From assembly GCA_963758635.1 (NCBI GenBank), contig CAVWWD010000007.1, positions 192,001-256,000 of the forward strand: 64,000 nucleotides of DNA. Direction: 5' to 3'. The notes below the pieces were generated by a model. That model was given only the letters and a program-made list of their open reading frames with translations. It was not told the origin of the DNA and did not search any database. Within the stretch, counting starts at the first letter, position 1. Each line of letters opens with the position of its first letter. Positions 19,945 to 31,698 of this stretch are shown piece after piece. Both the position numbers and the translations under genes were made by a program. Origin of the DNA: an uncultured Candidatus Rokubacteria bacterium. Lineage in GTDB: Bacteria > Methylomirabilota > Methylomirabilia > Rokubacteriales > CSP1-6.

Positions 19945-20460
19945 GTGAAGGCGCGGTTCACCTTGTCGGTCAACGGCGAAGGGCGCGAGCTGGTGGTCGC
20001 CGTGCACAAGACCCTGCTCGAGGTCCTCCGCGAGGATCTCGACCTCACCGGCACCAAGCACGGCTGCGAGCTCGGCGAGTGCGGCACCTGCACGGTGCTC
20101 CTGGACGGCGAGCCCGCGCTCTCGTGCCTCGTGCTTCCCGTCGAGTGCCAGGGCCGCGAGGTGACCACGATCGAGGGGATGGCGGTGGACGGGCGCCTGC
20201 ACCCCCTCCAGCAGGCGTTCGCGGAGCTCGGCGCCGCCCAGTGCGGATACTGCATCCCGGGCATCCTGCTGACCGCCCGCGCGCTGCTCGCCGAGAACCC
20301 CACGCCCACCCGCGACGAGGTGCGCCACGCGCTGGCCGGCAACCTGTGCCGGTGCACCGGCTACACGAAGATCCTCGAGGCCGTCGAGCTCGCGGCGCTG
20401 CGGATGCAGGCCGGTGATGGCGCGGCGGCCGCGGCGTCCACCCGGGAGGCGCGGGCGTGA
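19945..20460 (+). CDS. hcrC: (2Fe-2S) subunit, 4-hydroxybenzoyl-CoA reductase gamma-like
   Basis: GTKHGCELGECGTCTV, QCGYC, GNLCRCTGY. Confidence 0.82.
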   Translation: MKARFTLSVNGEGRELVVAVHKTLLEVLREDLDLTGTKHGCELGECGTCTVLLDGEPALSCLVLPVECQGREVTTIEGMAVDGRLHPLQQAFAELGAAQCGYCIPGILLTARALLAENPTPTRDEVRHALAGNLCRCTGYTKILEAVELAALRMQAGDGAAAAASTREARA

Positions 20461-22868
20461 GCGAGAAGGAGCGGTTCTCCGTCGTCGGCAAGAGCCTGCC
20501 GAAGATCGACGCGTGGGCCAAGGTCACGGGCCAGACGCGCTTCGCGGACGACATGACGCTGCCCCGCATGGCCCACGGCAAGCTCCTCCGGAGCCCGCAC
20601 GCGCACGCCCGCATCGTCAGGATCGACACGACGCGCGCCCGGAGCCTGCCCGGCGTGTACGCCGTGATCACCGGCCGCGACCTGCCGCCGGTCAAGTTCG
20701 GCATCCTGCCCGTCTCCCAGGACGAGGAGGCGCTCTGCGTCGAGAAGGTGCGGATGGTCGGTGACGCGGTGGCCGCGGTGGCCGCGGTGGACGAGGAGAC
20801 GGCGGAGCGCGCCGCCGAGATGATCGAGGTGGAGTACGAGCCGCTGCGCGCGCTCATGTCCATCGAGGACTCGCTGGCCCATCCCGAGGTGCGAATCCAC
20901 GAGTACGGCGACGGGCCGAACGTGCACAAGGCGGTCTCGCTCCAGTTCGGCGACGTGGAGGCCGCCCTCGCCGGCGCCCACCTCGTGCGCGAGGACGTGT
21001 TCTTCTTCGAGGGGAACACGCACCTGCCGATGGAGCAGCATTCCGCGGTGGCCCACTGGGGGCCGGACGACAAGCTGACGCTCTGGTCCTCCACGCAGAC
21101 GCCGCACTACGTGCACCGCCTGCTCGGCAAGATCCTGGACGTGCCGCAGGCGCACATCCGGGTGATCGCGGCGCCGGTGGGCGGCGGCTTCGGCGGGAAG
21201 CTGGACCCGTTCTCCCACGAGATCGCCGCGTGCAAGCTCTCCCAGCTCACCGGCCGCCCGGTGAAGATCACGCTGACCCGCGAGGAGGTGTTCTACGTCC
21301 ACCGCGGCCGGCACCCCGTGCTGATGTGGATCCGCACGGGCTTCGCGCGGGACGGCGCCATCACCGGGATGCACTTCCGCTCCTGGCTCGACGGCGGCGC
21401 CTACGGCTCGTACGGCGTGGCCTCCACCTTCTACACGGGCGCGCTCCAGACGGTGACGTACAAGATCCCCGCCTACAAGTTCGAGGGCGCCCGCGTGTTC
21501 ACGAACAAGCCGCCGTGCGGTCCCAAGCGCGGCCACGGCACGCCCCAGCCCCGCTTCGCCATGGAGTGCCAGATCGACAAGGCCGCCGAGCAGCTCGGGC
21601 TCGACCCCGCGGACATGCGGCGGCGGAACCTCGCCGAGCCCTTCACCAAGACGGCCAACCACCTCACCGTGACCACGATCGGGCTCGGCGAGTGCATCGA
21701 CCGCGTGGTGGAGGCGAGCGGCTGGCGCGAGAAGCGCGCGTCGCTGCCGCCCGGGCGGGGGATCGGCATCGCGTGCTCGTCGTACCTCACCGGCGCGGGC
21801 ACCGCGATCTACTGGAACGACATGCCGCACTCCGGCGTGGTGGTGCGCGCGGACCGGAGCGGCGGCGTGTCCGTGCTGTGCGGGGCCACCGACATCGGCC
21901 AGGGCTCGGACTCGATCCTGGCGTACCTCGCGGCCGAGGTGCTCGGCATCGAGCCCAAGGACATCCGCGTGCACGCGGCGGACACCGACCTCACCCCGGT
22001 GGACCTCGGCTCCTACTCCTCCCGGGTCACGCTCATGGCGGGCCAGGCCGTCATCCAGGCCGCGGAGCGGCTGCGCGCGCGGATCTTCGAGGCGGTGGCC
22101 CGGAAGCTCGAGGCGCCGGCGAGCGCGCTCGTCGCCCGCGACCGGCGCGTGTTCGTGGCCGACGACCCGGAGCGCGGCGTGTCCTTCCCGGACGCCGTCG
22201 TCCTGGGCGAGAGCATGCACGGCGTGCTCGCCGTCCCGGGCTCCTACGCGCCGCCGAAGCGGGCGGGCAAGTACAAGGGCGGCGGGGTCGGCCCGTCGCC
22301 GTGCTATTCGTACACCGCGTGCGTGGTCGAGGTGAACGTGGACCGGGAGACCGGCGAGGTCCGGCCCACCGAGGTGTGGATCGCCCACGACGTGGGCCGC
22401 GCGCTGAATCCGCTGCTCGTCGAGGGACAGGTCGAGGGATCGGTCTACATGGGCCTGGGCGAGGTGCTGATGGAGGAGCAGGTGTTCAGGAAGGGCGTCC
22501 ACAAGATCCCCTCGCTCCTCGAGTACAAGAGCCCGACCACGCTCGAGACGCCGGAGATCCACACGATCCTCGTCGAGACCGACGACCCCGAGGGCCCGTT
22601 CGGCGCGAAGGAGGCGGGCCAGGGGCCGCTCCTTCCGATCATTCCCGCGGTCGTCAACGCCGTCTACGACGCGGTGGGGGTGCGCATGGACGAGATCCCG
22701 GTCTCGCCCGACAAGGTGCTGAAGGGCCTCGAGCTGGCCCGCCAGGGCAAGCCGGCGCGCGTGGGGCCGGAGCGCCTGCCGCTCCTCACGTTCCCCGCGC
22801 CGCGCGCCGTCGAGTCGGCGTTCGGCCAGCCCGCCGAGAACATCGCGGAGAGGCCGTTTTCGACATGA
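20457..22868 (+). CDS. hcrA: Molybdopterin subunit, xanthine oxidase family, 4-hydroxybenzoyl-CoA reductase alpha-like
   Basis: LRSPHAHARI, STQTPHY, VGGGFGGK, RGHG, DIGQGS, SYSSR, GQVEG, GPFGAKE. Confidence 0.78.
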   Translation: MSEKERFSVVGKSLPKIDAWAKVTGQTRFADDMTLPRMAHGKLLRSPHAHARIVRIDTTRARSLPGVYAVITGRDLPPVKFGILPVSQDEEALCVEKVRMVGDAVAAVAAVDEETAERAAEMIEVEYEPLRALMSIEDSLAHPEVRIHEYGDGPNVHKAVSLQFGDVEAALAGAHLVREDVFFFEGNTHLPMEQHSAVAHWGPDDKLTLWSSTQTPHYVHRLLGKILDVPQAHIRVIAAPVGGGFGGKLDPFSHEIAACKLSQLTGRPVKITLTREEVFYVHRGRHPVLMWIRTGFARDGAITGMHFRSWLDGGAYGSYGVASTFYTGALQTVTYKIPAYKFEGARVFTNKPPCGPKRGHGTPQPRFAMECQIDKAAEQLGLDPADMRRRNLAEPFTKTANHLTVTTIGLGECIDRVVEASGWREKRASLPPGRGIGIACSSYLTGAGTAIYWNDMPHSGVVVRADRSGGVSVLCGATDIGQGSDSILAYLAAEVLGIEPKDIRVHAADTDLTPVDLGSYSSRVTLMAGQAVIQAAERLRARIFEAVARKLEAPASALVARDRRVFVADDPERGVSFPDAVVLGESMHGVLAVPGSYAPPKRAGKYKGGGVGPSPCYSYTACVVEVNVDRETGEVRPTEVWIAHDVGRALNPLLVEGQVEGSVYMGLGEVLMEEQVFRKGVHKIPSLLEYKSPTTLETPEIHTILVETDDPEGPFGAKEAGQGPLLPIIPAVVNAVYDAVGVRMDEIPVSPDKVLKGLELARQGKPARVGPERLPLLTFPAPRAVESAFGQPAENIAERPFST

Positions 22869-23899
22869 TGCGCCTGCCGCCCTTCGAGTACCTGGCGCCG
22901 GTGTCGGTGGCCGACGCCGCCAAGCTCATGGCCGAGCGCGGCCCCGCGGCCATGCTGGTGGCGGGCGGCACCGACCTCTATCCGAACATGAAGCGCCGGC
23001 AGTTCGAGCCCGAGGCGCTGGTCGGGCTCCGCGGCATCCGCGAGCTCGCCGGCGTGCGCGGCACCGCGGCTTCCGGCCTCACGATCGGCTCGGGCGCCAC
23101 GCTCACCGCGGTGGCGCGCCACGCGGAGGTCGCCGGCGGATACCCGGCGCTGGCCACCGCGGCGGGGCTGGTGTCCACGCCGCAGCTTCGCAACTCGGGC
23201 ACGATCGGCGGGAACGTCTGCGTCGACACGCGGTGCAACTACTACAACCAGTCCTACCAGTGGCGGAAGGCCGTGAACTTCTGCATGAAGAAGGACGGCG
23301 AGATCTGCCTGGTCGCCCCGGGGAGCCCGCGCTGCTGGGCGGTGTCGTCGTCGGACACCGCGCCCGTGCTGTGGAGCCTGGGGGCGACGGTGACGCTGGT
23401 GGGGCCCGCCGGCGAGCGCGAGATCCCGATCGCCGCGCTCTATCGCGACGACGGCATCGCGTACCTGGCCAAGCGGCCCGACGAGATCCTCACCGAGATC
23501 GCGCTGCCGCCCGCCGACGGACTCCGGTCGGCCTACCTGAAGCTCCGGCGCCGCGGCTCGTTCGACTTCCCCGTGCTGGGCGTGGCGGTGGCGCTGACGA
23601 TGGACGGCGCCACGGTCGCGCGCGGGCGCATCGTGCTGGGCGCGGTGGCCTCGCTGCCGCGCGAAGCCTCCGACGCGGCCGAGATGCTGGCCGGCCAGCG
23701 GCTCACCCCCGACCTGATCGACCGCGTGGCGGCCCGCGCGGCGCGCCCGTCGAAGCCGCTCGACAACACCGACCTCACGCATCCGTACCGGAAGAAGATG
23801 ACGCGCGTGTTCGTGGCCCGCGCGCTGCGCCGCCTCGCCGGGCTGTCCGAGCAGGCGTCCGGCTTCGGCGTGGAGCCCACGGGGCAGGAGCTCGCGTGA
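22865..23899 (+). CDS. hcrB: FAD subunit with extra Cys-rich [4Fe-4S] insert, HcrB-like
   Basis: AGGTDL, RNSGTIGGN, then TRCNYYNQ...FCMKKDGEIC...RCWA insert characteristic of HcrB. Confidence 0.82.
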   Translation: MMRLPPFEYLAPVSVADAAKLMAERGPAAMLVAGGTDLYPNMKRRQFEPEALVGLRGIRELAGVRGTAASGLTIGSGATLTAVARHAEVAGGYPALATAAGLVSTPQLRNSGTIGGNVCVDTRCNYYNQSYQWRKAVNFCMKKDGEICLVAPGSPRCWAVSSSDTAPVLWSLGATVTLVGPAGEREIPIAALYRDDGIAYLAKRPDEILTEIALPPADGLRSAYLKLRRRGSFDFPVLGVAVALTMDGATVARGRIVLGAVASLPREASDAAEMLAGQRLTPDLIDRVAARAARPSKPLDNTDLTHPYRKKMTRVFVARALRRLAGLSEQASGFGVEPTGQELA

Positions 23900-24444
23900 T
23901 CACGCTGGGCCAGCGGATCAAGACCCTCCGCGCCGAGCGCGCGCTCCAGCAGCGGCAGCTCGCCGAGAAGGCCGGGCTCACGCCGAGCATGCTGTCCCAG
24001 ATCGAGTCCGGCCGGCTCACGCCCTCGCTCCACACGCTGGGAAAGCTCGCCGGCGCGCTCGGCATCTCGATCGGCTCGCTCTTCGAGGCGACGCCCAACG
24101 GCCGGCTCCACGTCACCCGCAAGGCGGACTACCCGGTGGTGTCCTTCGACGGGAGCCCCGAGCGGTGGGCCGTGCTGGGGGCCGGCCTCTTCCAGGGCAA
24201 GATCCGCGCGGTGGTCTCGACCCTCCCCGCGCACACGCGAGGGGTGAAGACCGAGAAGGTCGTCATCGAGCCCGGGCAGATGAAGCTCTTCTACGTGATC
24301 GAGGGTAAGGTGGGCCTGCACTACAACGGCGAGGTCCACACGCTCGCGGCGGGGGACAGCGCCTACCTGGACGGCGGGGCCACGCACAACTGGGAGAACC
24401 TCGGCGCCCGGCCGGCGAAGGCTCTCTGGGTCATCCTCGGCTAA
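23896..24444 (+). CDS. XRE-family HTH / cupin transcriptional regulator
   Basis: LGQRIKTLR..QLAEKAGLTPSMLSQIESG..PSL; C-terminal cupin GDSAY..H.WEN. Confidence 0.9.
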   Translation: MITLGQRIKTLRAERALQQRQLAEKAGLTPSMLSQIESGRLTPSLHTLGKLAGALGISIGSLFEATPNGRLHVTRKADYPVVSFDGSPERWAVLGAGLFQGKIRAVVSTLPAHTRGVKTEKVVIEPGQMKLFYVIEGKVGLHYNGEVHTLAAGDSAYLDGGATHNWENLGARPAKALWVILG

Positions 24445-24477
24445 CCCGCGCTGCACCCAGGAGCGGCAGGAGAGGAC

Positions 24478-26154
24478 ATGGCTGAGACCGGCGGCGACGC
24501 AGACGATCGTGGACTTCCGGACCGAGCCGTCGCGCTACCGTCACTGGAAGCTCTCGGTCGACGGGCGCGTGGCCACCCTGGCCATGGACGTGCGCGAGGA
24601 CGGGGGTCTCCGCCCCGGGTACGAGCTCAAGCTCAACTCGTACGACCTGGGCGTGGACATCGAGCTGCACGACGCCTTGCTGCGTCTTCGCTTCGAGCAT
24701 CCCGAGGTGGGCGCGGTCGTGATCTCCTCGGGCAAGGACCGCGTGTTCTGCGCGGGCGCGAACATCCGGATGCTGAACCAGTCCGCCCACGGCTTCAAGG
24801 TGAACTTCTGCAAGTTCACCAACGAGACGCGGAACGCCCTCGAGGAGGCCACCGCCGAGTCGCGCCAGGCCTACATCTGCGCGGTCAACGGGCCGTGCGC
24901 GGGAGGCGGGTACGAGCTGGCGCTGGCCTGCGACTGGATCGTGATGGCCGACGACGGCAACACGTCGGTGTCGCTGCCCGAGGTGCCGCTCCTCGCCGTG
25001 CTGCCCGGCACCGGCGGGCTCACCCGCCTGGTGGACAAGCGCCGGGTCCGGCGCGACCGCGCCGACGTGTTCTGCACGCTGGAGGAGGGGATCAAGGGCA
25101 AGCGCGCGGTCGAGTGGGGCCTGGTGGACGAGGTGGTGCCGCGATCCCGCCTGGAGGAGACGGTGAAGCGCCGGGCCGCGGAGCGCGTGGCGCAGAGCGA
25201 CCGGCCGGCCGCCGGACCGGGCGTGGCCCTCACGCCGCTCGCCCGCGACATCCAGGGCGACCGCATCGCGTACCGACACGTGACGTGCGCGATCCAGCGC
25301 GAGCGCGGCGTGGCCGAGATCACCGTGAGCGGGCCCACCGACGCGCCGCCCGCCGATCCGGCCGCGGCGCAGGCGATCGGCGACGCGTTCTGGCCGCTCG
25401 CCCTGGCCCGCGAGCTGGACGATCTCGTGCTCCACCTCCGGACCAACGAGGTGGAGGTCGGCCTCTGGGTGCTCCGGACGACCGGCCGGGCCGACCTCGT
25501 CGAGGCCCACGACCGCTTCCTGGCCGCCCACGAGTCGCACTGGCTCGCGCGCGAGATCCGGCTCTACCTCAAGCGTGTGCTCAAGCGCGTGGACGTGTCG
25601 TCCCGCACGGTGTTCGCGCTGATCGAGCCCGGCTCGTGCTTCGTGGGCACGCTGCTCGAGCTGGCCCTCGCCGCCGACCGTTCCTACATGCTCGACGGCA
25701 CGCGCCCGGAGGACGAGGCGCCCGCGGCCACCGTGCGCCTCACCGACGCGAACTTCGGCGCGTACCCCATGGTGAACGGGCTCACGCGTCTGGCGAGCCG
25801 CTTCCTGGGCGAGCCGGGACGGGTCGACGACCTGAAGGGCCGCCTCGGCCGCGACCTCGACGCCGCGGCGGCCGCCGAGGCGGGCCTCGTCACGTTCACG
25901 CCCGACGACATCGACTGGGAGGACGAGGTGCGCATCGCCATCGAGGAGCGGGCGGCGTTCTCCCCGGACGCGCTGACCGGCATGGAGGCGTCGCTCCGGT
26001 TCGCGGGGCCGGAGACCGTGGAGAGCAAGATCTTCGCCCGCCTCACCGCGTGGCAGAACTGGATCTTCCAGCGTCCCAACGCGGTGGGCCCGAAGGGCGC
26101 GCTCGCCGTGTACGGGACGGGCCAGCGCACCGAGTTCGACCGGAGGAGAGTGTG

Positions 26155-26155
<1 letters not shown>
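24478..26155 (+). CDS. boxC: 2,3-epoxybenzoyl-CoA dihydrolase (1-nt frameshift near 24490; main frame 24509-26155)
   Basis: LKLNSYDLGVDIEL, RFEHPEV, KVNFCKFTNETR, LPEVPLL.VLPGTGG, WQNWIFQRPNA. Confidence 0.93.
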
Positions 26156-27573
<1,418 letters not shown>

Positions 27574-27615
27574 GGCCGCGCCGGCGGCGCGCGCCGGGAA
27601 GAGGAGGGGCCGACG

Positions 27616-29169
27616 ATGACGGGATCGCCGTTCGTGGCGCCGCAAGACTTCAACGTCGCCTCGTTCTTCGTGGACCGGCCCGTGGCCGAGGGGCGCGGCG
27701 GGCGCCCGGCATTCCTCTACGAGGACACGGCGCTGACGTATGGGCAGCTGCAGGAGCTGGTGAATCGAACCGGCAACGCGCTGCGCGAGCTCGGCGTCGA
27801 GCGGGAGCAGCGCGTGCTCCTCCTCCTCCTCGACACGCCCGAGTTCCTCGGCGCGTTCTGGGGCGCCATCAAGATCGGCGCCATCCCGGTTCCCCTCAAC
27901 ACGATGCTGCGCCCGCCGGACTACCTCTACTTCATGAACGACAGCCGGGCCGGCGTGCTCGTGGTGTCGGAGGCCTTGCTGCCGTCGGTGGAGCCGGTGC
28001 TGGGACAGGCGCGCCATCTCCGGCGGGTCGTCGTGGCGGGCAAGGCGCCCGCGCCCCACATGGCCTTCGACGCCGTCGTGGGGCGCGCGTCCTCGCGGCT
28101 CGATGCCGTCGACACCTCGAAGGACGACGCCGCGTTCTGGCTCTACTCGTCGGGATCGACCGGCTTCCCGAAGGGCGCCGTGCACCTGCACCACGACATG
28201 GTGGTGTGCACGGACAGCTACGCCCTCCAGGTGCTGGGCATGACCGAGGCCGATCGCACGCTCTCCGCGGCCAAGCTCTACTTCGCGTACGGGATGGGCA
28301 ACACCATGTACTTCCCCATGCGCGTGGGCGGGCAGGGCGTGCTCCATCCGCACCGGCCGCTGCCCGAGACCATGTTCGAGCTGATCCACCGGCACCGGCC
28401 CACGATCTTCTTCGGCGTGCCCACGCTCTACGCGTCGATGCTCCAGGTGAAGGAGGCCGAGAAGCGCTACGACCTGTCCTCGCTGCGCCTGTGCGTGTCG
28501 GCGGGCGAGGCGCTGCCGGAGGAGCTCTACCGGCGGTGGCGCGAGCGCTTCGGCGTCGAGGTGCTGGACGGGATCGGGACCACGGAGATCCTCCACATCT
28601 TCCTCTCGAACCGTCCCGGGCGCGTCCGGGCCGGCGCCTCCGGCGAGGTGGTGCCGGGCTACGAGGCGGTCGTGGTCGACGACGCGGGCGGCCCGATGCC
28701 GCACGGGGAGATCGGCAACCTGCGCGTGAAGGGCGACTCGATCATGGCCTACTACTGGAACCAGCACGAGAAGACCAAGAACACGCTGCACGGCCACTGG
28801 ATCGAGACCGGCGACAAGTACTACCAGGACGCCGACGGCTACTTCTTCTACTGCGGGCGCGGGGACGACATGCTGAAGGTGGGCGGCATCTGGGTATCGC
28901 CCGTCGAGGTCGAGGCCGCCCTGGTCGCGCATCCCGCCGTGCTCGAGGCGGCGGTGGTCGGGCGCGAGGACGAGGAGCGCCTGGTCAAGCCCCAGGCCTT
29001 CGTGGTCCTGAAGGACGGCTACACCGGCTCGCCGGCGCTGGACGCGGAGATCAAGGGCTTCGTGAAGGACCGCATCGCGCCCTACAAGTATCCTCGCTGG
29101 ATCGAGTTCGTGGCCGACCTGCCGAAGACCGCCACCGGGAAGATCCAGCGCTTCAAGCTCCGAGCATGA
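27616..29169 (+). CDS. Benzoate-CoA ligase family protein
   Basis: FWLYSSGSTGFPKGAVH, AKLYFAYGMGN, SAGEALP, DGIGTTE, PKTATGKIQR. Confidence 0.92.
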   Translation: MTGSPFVAPQDFNVASFFVDRPVAEGRGGRPAFLYEDTALTYGQLQELVNRTGNALRELGVEREQRVLLLLLDTPEFLGAFWGAIKIGAIPVPLNTMLRPPDYLYFMNDSRAGVLVVSEALLPSVEPVLGQARHLRRVVVAGKAPAPHMAFDAVVGRASSRLDAVDTSKDDAAFWLYSSGSTGFPKGAVHLHHDMVVCTDSYALQVLGMTEADRTLSAAKLYFAYGMGNTMYFPMRVGGQGVLHPHRPLPETMFELIHRHRPTIFFGVPTLYASMLQVKEAEKRYDLSSLRLCVSAGEALPEELYRRWRERFGVEVLDGIGTTEILHIFLSNRPGRVRAGASGEVVPGYEAVVVDDAGGPMPHGEIGNLRVKGDSIMAYYWNQHEKTKNTLHGHWIETGDKYYQDADGYFFYCGRGDDMLKVGGIWVSPVEVEAALVAHPAVLEAAVVGREDEERLVKPQAFVVLKDGYTGSPALDAEIKGFVKDRIAPYKYPRWIEFVADLPKTATGKIQRFKLRA

Positions 29170-30458
29170 CCCCGGCGGATCCGAGCGCGCTCGAGACGCT
29201 CGACCGGGAGGCGCTGCGCGCGCATCAATGGGCGCGGGTCGCCGCGCTCGCCGCCGCGGTGATGCCCGCGAACCCGTTCCTCGCCTCCCGGTGGCGGGCG
29301 GCGGGGCTGGCGGCGGCGGGCGACCTCGCGGGCTGGGACGACTTCCAGCGCCTGCCGTTCATGCTGAAGGCCGATCTCGTGGAGGACCAGGCCGTCCATC
29401 CGCCGTTCGGCTCCGACCTCACGTATCCGCTCGACCGCTACGTGCGCGTGCACCAAACGTCGGGGACGTCGGGCGCGCCGCTCCGCTGGCTCGACACCGC
29501 GGAGTCGTGGGAGTGGTGGCTCCGGTGCTGGGGCGCGGTGTGGCGGGGGGCCGGCGTCGGTCCCGGGCAGCGCGTGTTCTTTCCGTTCTCGTTCGGGCTC
29601 TTCGTTGGCTTCTGGGCCGGCTTCGAGAGCGCCCGCGCCCTCGGCGCCCTCGCCATTCCCGGCGGCGGCCAGGACTCCGTGCAGCGGCTGGCCACCATCC
29701 AGGCGCTCGGCGTCACCGCGGTGGCCTGCACGCCGTCCTATGCGCTCCACCTGGCCGAGGTCGCGCGCGAGCGCGGCATGGACCTCACGAAGCTCGGCGT
29801 CACCACCACCGTGCACGCCGGCGAGCCCGGCGCGGGCATCCCCGCGGTGCGGGCGCGCATCGAGGAGGCGTGGGGCGCCCGCGCCTACGACCACGCGGGC
29901 ATGACGGAGATGGGCGCCTACGGGTTCGAGTGCGCGGCCCGGGAGGGTCTGCACGTCAACGAGGCCGAGTTCGTGGCCGAGATCGTCGATCCGGCCACGG
30001 GTGCCGCCGCGCGCGAAGGCGAGCTGGTGCTGACGAACCTGGGCCGGCTGGGCTCGCCGGCGGCGCGCTACCGCACCGGCGATCGGGTCCGAGCGGCGGA
30101 CGGGCGGTGCGGGTGCGGCCGCACGTTCATGCGGCTCGAGGGCGGCATTCTCGGCCGCGTCGACGACATGCTGGTCGTGCGCGGCGTGAACGTCTTCCCG
30201 TCGGCGCTCGAGGGCATCGTCCGGCGCTTCCCCGGCGTGGACGAGTTCCAGATCGAGGTGCACCGGCCGCAGGCCATGGACGAGCTTCGCCTCCTCGTCG
30301 AGGTCGGCGCCGGCGAGCCCGCGCCCGTCGTCCACGCCATCCGGGAGGCGCTCAAGGTCGAGCTCGGCATCCGCGTGGACGTGGTCGCGGCGCCCATCCG
30401 GAGCCTCCCGCGCTACGAGCTGAAGGCGCGGCGCGTCGTCCGCCGCGCTCGCGCCTGA
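29166..30458 (+). CDS. Phenylacetate-CoA ligase (PaaK) family protein
   Basis: HQTSGTSG, CTPSYALHL, AGEPG, RYRTGD, GRVDDML.VRGVNVFPS. Confidence 0.88.
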   Translation: MTPADPSALETLDREALRAHQWARVAALAAAVMPANPFLASRWRAAGLAAAGDLAGWDDFQRLPFMLKADLVEDQAVHPPFGSDLTYPLDRYVRVHQTSGTSGAPLRWLDTAESWEWWLRCWGAVWRGAGVGPGQRVFFPFSFGLFVGFWAGFESARALGALAIPGGGQDSVQRLATIQALGVTAVACTPSYALHLAEVARERGMDLTKLGVTTTVHAGEPGAGIPAVRARIEEAWGARAYDHAGMTEMGAYGFECAAREGLHVNEAEFVAEIVDPATGAAAREGELVLTNLGRLGSPAARYRTGDRVRAADGRCGCGRTFMRLEGGILGRVDDMLVVRGVNVFPSALEGIVRRFPGVDEFQIEVHRPQAMDELRLLVEVGAGEPAPVVHAIREALKVELGIRVDVVAAPIRSLPRYELKARRVVRRARA

Positions 30459-30525
30459 GTCGCCCGACTCCGCCTCCCGCCGCCCCGCGCGCGCTCGCCG
30501 CGCGCTGCTCGGTTCGCTCGCCGGG

Positions 30526-30964
30526 CTACTGTCCGACGATGTCGCGCTTCATCCCGCCGAGCGCGGCCAGGAGCTCGCTCTTCTCCTGCGCGGGCACCTT
30601 GAACTTGTCCAGGCTCTTCACGAGGTCCTCGACGAGCGCGCCGAACTCCGCGTCGGTGATCTTCATGCCCGCGTGGGCGCTCTTCATGTTCTGGCCGGTG
30701 TACTTGCACGGGCCCGCCCGACGCCTCGCAGATCTGGTCCACGAGCATCGTCTTGAGCCGCGGGACGTTGGCGCTCGCGAAGCGCTGGTTGATGCGCGTG
30801 TCCGCGGCCACGTTGCCGATGAAGTCGTCGACCACCGCCTGGATGGCCGGCTTGCCGCCGAGCCGGTCGTAGAGCGGCTTCTTCTCGGCCATCCCGCCGC
30901 CCGCGCATCCCGCCGCGAGCCATCCCACTGCCATCACCGTCGCCACCGCCTTGCGCCAGCCCAT
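30526..30964 (-). CDS. Group I truncated haemoglobin with lipoprotein signal (apparent frameshift near 30712)
   Basis: LAAGC lipobox; [46 protein letters not shown] after frame correction. Confidence 0.88.
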
Positions 30965-31041
30965 GATCCGCCTCCTGGTGAGAGATCGCCGCTCCGCCGC
31001 AGGGGGCCGCGCGCGGGCCGCGGCCTCCCGTCACCTTGCTC

Positions 31042-31068
31042 TACGGACGGGTCAGGGCGTCCGGATTC
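31042..31068 (-). promoter_or_regulatory. ECF (SigK-type) promoter upstream of the globin
   Basis: GAATCC-N16-CCGTA on the minus strand, divergent from the ECF gene. Confidence 0.55.
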
Positions 31069-31116
31069 GCCGCTCTCCGGTTGTCAGGCGGGCGGGCATC
31101 TGATACTCGTGATCGC

Positions 31117-31698
31117 ATGTCCCCGCCGCGCGCGCTCGTGCCCGCCGCCGACCTCGTCGGGAGAGTCGCGCGCGGCGACGAGGACGCGTTCGGCCAGCTC
31201 TACGATGCCTACGCCGGGCTCGCGTTCGGCCTCATCCGCCGGGTCCTCCGCGAGAAGGAAGCGGCGGAGGAGGTGCTCCAGGAGGTCTTCTGGCAGGTGT
31301 GGCGCGAGGCGGGCACGTTCGACCCCGCGCGGGGGAGCGCGGAGGCCTGGCTCCTGATGCGGGCGAAGACCCGGGCAATCGACAAGCTGCGGTCCATGCG
31401 TAGAAGAGAGCAGACGTTCGTGGCCCCGGTCGACGAGGCCACGGCGCGTCCCGCGGAGCCGCGGCGCGACGAGGACCCGGCGCTGACGGCGGAGGATCGG
31501 ACGCTGGTGGGCGGCGCCCTGGACGGGCTGCCCGCGGCGCAGAGGCGGGTCATCGAGCTGGCGTTCTACGAGGGCCTGACGCAGGCGGAGATCGCGACCC
31601 GGCTGGGCGAGCCCCTCGGGACGGTCAAGACCAGGGCCAGGCTCGGGCTGGAGCGGCTGCGCACCCTCGTGAGTGGCAAGGGAGATCCGGGGACATGA
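31117..31698 (+). CDS. ECF sigma factor (SigK-like)
   Basis: AEEVLQEVF.QVW, AWL, RAIDKLR, LAFYEGLTQAEIA, LGTVKTR. Confidence 0.92.
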   Translation: MSPPRALVPAADLVGRVARGDEDAFGQLYDAYAGLAFGLIRRVLREKEAAEEVLQEVFWQVWREAGTFDPARGSAEAWLLMRAKTRAIDKLRSMRRREQTFVAPVDEATARPAEPRRDEDPALTAEDRTLVGGALDGLPAAQRRVIELAFYEGLTQAEIATRLGEPLGTVKTRARLGLERLRTLVSGKGDPGT

